Source: an uncultured Bacteroidia bacterium
GTDB lineage: Bacteria > Bacteroidota > Bacteroidia > JANWVE01
NCBI GenBank assembly: GCA_938028625.1
Contig: CALIZB010000045.1
Location: 192 to 64,191, forward strand
DNA length: 64,000 nt
Reading direction: 5' to 3'
The notes beneath the pieces were generated by a model. That model did no database searches. It was not told the DNA's origin and saw only the letters and a list, made by a program, of their open reading frames with translations. This document shows positions 61,574 through 64,000 of this stretch, in pieces. Both the position numbers and the translations under genes were made by a program. Position 1 is the first letter of the stretch. The number at the start of each line of letters is the position of its first letter.

Positions 61574-62230
61574 CTATATACTATTTTCTAAAACTAAAAG
61601 TAAATCTCCACTTTGATACGTAATACGTACTAATCCATTTTGCAAAACCTCGTTGCTTGTTCCGTTACGATAGCCTAAACGCAATTCTTCGCTTTTAAGC
61701 GGATATTTAAGGTTTTCTGTAATAATTCCTGTTACGGTACCTAACGGAATAAGTGAAACCACTGTACCTTTTGTAAAATACTCTTCAAAATGTTTGGGTA
61801 ATGGCATACATACAGAATAATCATCATACAAAATAATTTTCTCAAAAACAGAGCTAAACCTTGCTATATTTACCACATTATTGATAGTATGGTCTAAACG
61901 TTTGCCTGTTGCCCACAGAATATTTACCATTCTAAACTCATTCTCTTGTAACCAATACAATATCTTTTCTAAATCTGTATATTCTTGGTCAGGGGTGTGA
62001 ATAATTTTAATTCTTGGATACCTTGCTATAATTTCTTTCTCGTCTAAATAATGGTCAAAATCTCCTGCCCATACATCAGGAATGAGGTTATATTTTTGGC
62101 AATGTTCTATACCCCCGTCTAATACTATTATGAGCGAATTAGGATGTTTTCTAAAAATTTTACTTAATAATTCTTCTGAACAAGGTTCTCCATTAGCAAA
62201 AACCAAGGCATCTTTAAATGTTTTATTCAT
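61574..62230 (-). CDS. thiN: Thiamine diphosphokinase
   Basis: 'DGG', 'GDFD', 'DQEYTDLEK', 'ATGKRLDH', 'LKYPL', 'GTSN'. Confidence 0.9.
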   Translation of the reverse strand: MNKTFKDALVFANGEPCSEELLSKIFRKHPNSLIIVLDGGIEHCQKYNLIPDVWAGDFDHYLDEKEIIARYPRIKIIHTPDQEYTDLEKILYWLQENEFRMVNILWATGKRLDHTINNVVNIARFSSVFEKIILYDDYSVCMPLPKHFEEYFTKGTVVSLIPLGTVTGIITENLKYPLKSEELRLGYRNGTSNEVLQNGLVRITYQSGDLLLVLENSI

Positions 62231-63350
62231 ATCTTCTTTCTTTCCATGTAAAATTAGGACGCAAACTTACTATTCCTGCCCATATTACATATAAAACTTG
62301 AAAAATTTGACTAAATACAAAAATAGCACTACACTTCCATAAGTTTTGTCTAAAAAATATAAACATTTGTACCATTATACTGTATTCTGAAACTATTTTA
62401 CCTATCCAATAACTTATGCAAAGCATTCTTATTTCACTCAACCATACAGAAAACACTGTATTTAATATCAAAACAAGATAAAAAGCATATAAAAACATCA
62501 GTTCTATGGTTAAGCCTTTTCTTTGATAGTGTGTTGCTTTGGATATCCAGCGTTTGCGTTGTTGTATAAATTCTTTTAATGTATGCTGTGCAGGCGTATA
62601 CACAATTGCGTCAGAATGCTTGCAAAAGCGTATACTCTCCGGGTTTTTGTACTTTGCATGTATTTTGTGCATTAAAAGTTCATCATCACCAGAAGCTAAA
62701 TGTGTACTACCTTCATAACCATTAACTCCTATAAAAGCACTTTTACGATATGCAAGATTAGCCCCATTACACAAATTAGGTCTATTGTGATATATAGCTC
62801 CCGCGCCTATACCTACCAAGCCCATAAGTTCTATTTGCTGTATTTTTTCAAACCATGTATTTGCTTGTAATAATACAGGTGCAGAAACGAACTGTACTTT
62901 ATCCTCAAAACAGGATAGAATCGTGTATAGCCAATACTCGTTCATAGTACAATCTGCGTCTGTGGTAATGATAATTTCGTATTTTGCGTGTGCTATTCCA
63001 TATTCTATGGCTTGTTTTTTACCTTGTTTTTCTTTGGGAATACGCAGATATTCTATCTCATGAAGATAACTTTTGATTCTATTATACAAATCGTCTTGAC
63101 TATGGTCATTGATAATAAGGATTTGTACAGGTATAGATATATTTTTTTGGCTTAAAAGGCTTTTTATCAGATGCGGTATATGATGAGCATCATTTCGTAC
63201 AGGAACAAGAATACTTACACCTTTAAGAGAAACGTTTTTATCAATAATTTTTGTTTCATATATTCCCACAGCATGATACAACATAAAAATAATATAGTAT
63301 GCTAAAAGCACTATACAAAAAACATAAAAACCATACAAAAAGTACAGCAT
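62223..63350 (-). CDS. Glycosyltransferase family 2 (membrane)
   Basis: 'VPVRND', 'NDHSQD', 'GKK', 'TDADC', 'SGDD', 'QRKRW'. Confidence 0.9.
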   Translation of the reverse strand: MLYFLYGFYVFCIVLLAYYIIFMLYHAVGIYETKIIDKNVSLKGVSILVPVRNDAHHIPHLIKSLLSQKNISIPVQILIINDHSQDDLYNRIKSYLHEIEYLRIPKEKQGKKQAIEYGIAHAKYEIIITTDADCTMNEYWLYTILSCFEDKVQFVSAPVLLQANTWFEKIQQIELMGLVGIGAGAIYHNRPNLCNGANLAYRKSAFIGVNGYEGSTHLASGDDELLMHKIHAKYKNPESIRFCKHSDAIVYTPAQHTLKEFIQQRKRWISKATHYQRKGLTIELMFLYAFYLVLILNTVFSVWLSEIRMLCISYWIGKIVSEYSIMVQMFIFFRQNLWKCSAIFVFSQIFQVLYVIWAGIVSLRPNFTWKERRYE

Positions 63351-63355
63351 AGTAT

Positions 63356-63682
63356 TTATTTAACCCATTTTGGAGGTGTCCAGTACCAACCTTTTTCGGA
63401 TTGTGTCCAGTGACCAGGCTGATATTTTTTACCTGATTTACCTTTTATCCATTTTCCTTTTACCCAGGAATAACTTTGCGTTTTGCCGTTCCATTTCCAG
63501 TAGCCATCTACCCAAAAGGTATTTTTAGGCTGCTTAGGTTTAACCTCCTCTTTGGGTACAGGTGGTGCCACCGAAATATACATTATTTTAGGTTCTTTGG
63601 ACTTTTTTTGGGCATACAGGTTGGGTGCATACAGCATGCAGCACAAGGTAAAAAAGGTTGTAATCATTATTTTTAACTTCAT
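63356..63682 (-). CDS. Secreted YXWGXW (WxxGxW) repeat protein
   Basis: Signal peptide; 'APP', 'WVDGYW.W', 'YSWVKGKW', 'YQPGHW'. Confidence 0.8.
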   Translation of the reverse strand: MKLKIMITTFFTLCCMLYAPNLYAQKKSKEPKIMYISVAPPVPKEEVKPKQPKNTFWVDGYWKWNGKTQSYSWVKGKWIKGKSGKKYQPGHWTQSEKGWYWTPPKWVK

Positions 63683-64000
63683 AAGCGTTCAAAAATAGAA
63701 AAAAATTATGAAAGTCAATACTTTTGACACACATCTATTCTAATGCTTATTCAAAAAAGCTATCTTATCAAATTTTATGCTTTTTTAGTGGAAATAAGTT
63801 TAATTATATTTTTTTGTCAAAGATTTGCTTTGTATAGTTTTATTTTGCATTTTTGTAATGTAGTTCTTTGAAATAGCGGGGTATTTTTTATTTGTACAGG
63901 ACATATAAAGTGGTACTATATTTTGCTAAACTTTTTCCATTATGTACGAGGTTTATTGAGGTTTAGCATACTTCTATCATGTTTCAATTTCTTTACTTCA

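Noticed and set aside
606..63676. Numerous 60-170 aa ORFs antisense to or nested in long genes (for example 22422..22907 and 34005..34523)
   Set aside because: They are shadow ORFs of well-supported genes, with no motifs or independent expression signals.

Overview
AT-rich (roughly one-third GC, judged by eye) chromosomal window from a Bacteroidota bacterium. The assignment rests on fused secDF, four T9SS C-terminal-domain cargo genes, GLPGLI proteins and many TAnnTTTG -7 promoter elements. Most of the window is scattered housekeeping and envelope genes (nuoN, prs, ettA, secDF, gmhA, gatA, purN, mltG, scpA, kmo, thyA, udk). I saw no rRNA, tRNA, CRISPR array, transposase or phage genes. The best candidate for an undescribed system is at 2.7-8.2 kb: a tandemly duplicated cassette of [poly-T promoter, secreted four-Cys mini-protein with near-identical leader but divergent core, GLPGLI protein], followed by a TonB-receptor-like beta-barrel gene frameshifted at a T10 tract in its signal peptide. 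Other points of interest: a promoter-linked leader ORF ending in AAP-stop upstream of secDF (possible arrest peptide); many genes starting only 3-5 nt after the -7 element (apparent leaderless mRNAs); a CHAP protein with Ser in place of the catalytic Cys; two GC-rich REP-like intergenic elements; and five damaged accessory genes. Product calls come from recognising motifs by eye; no database searches were run.
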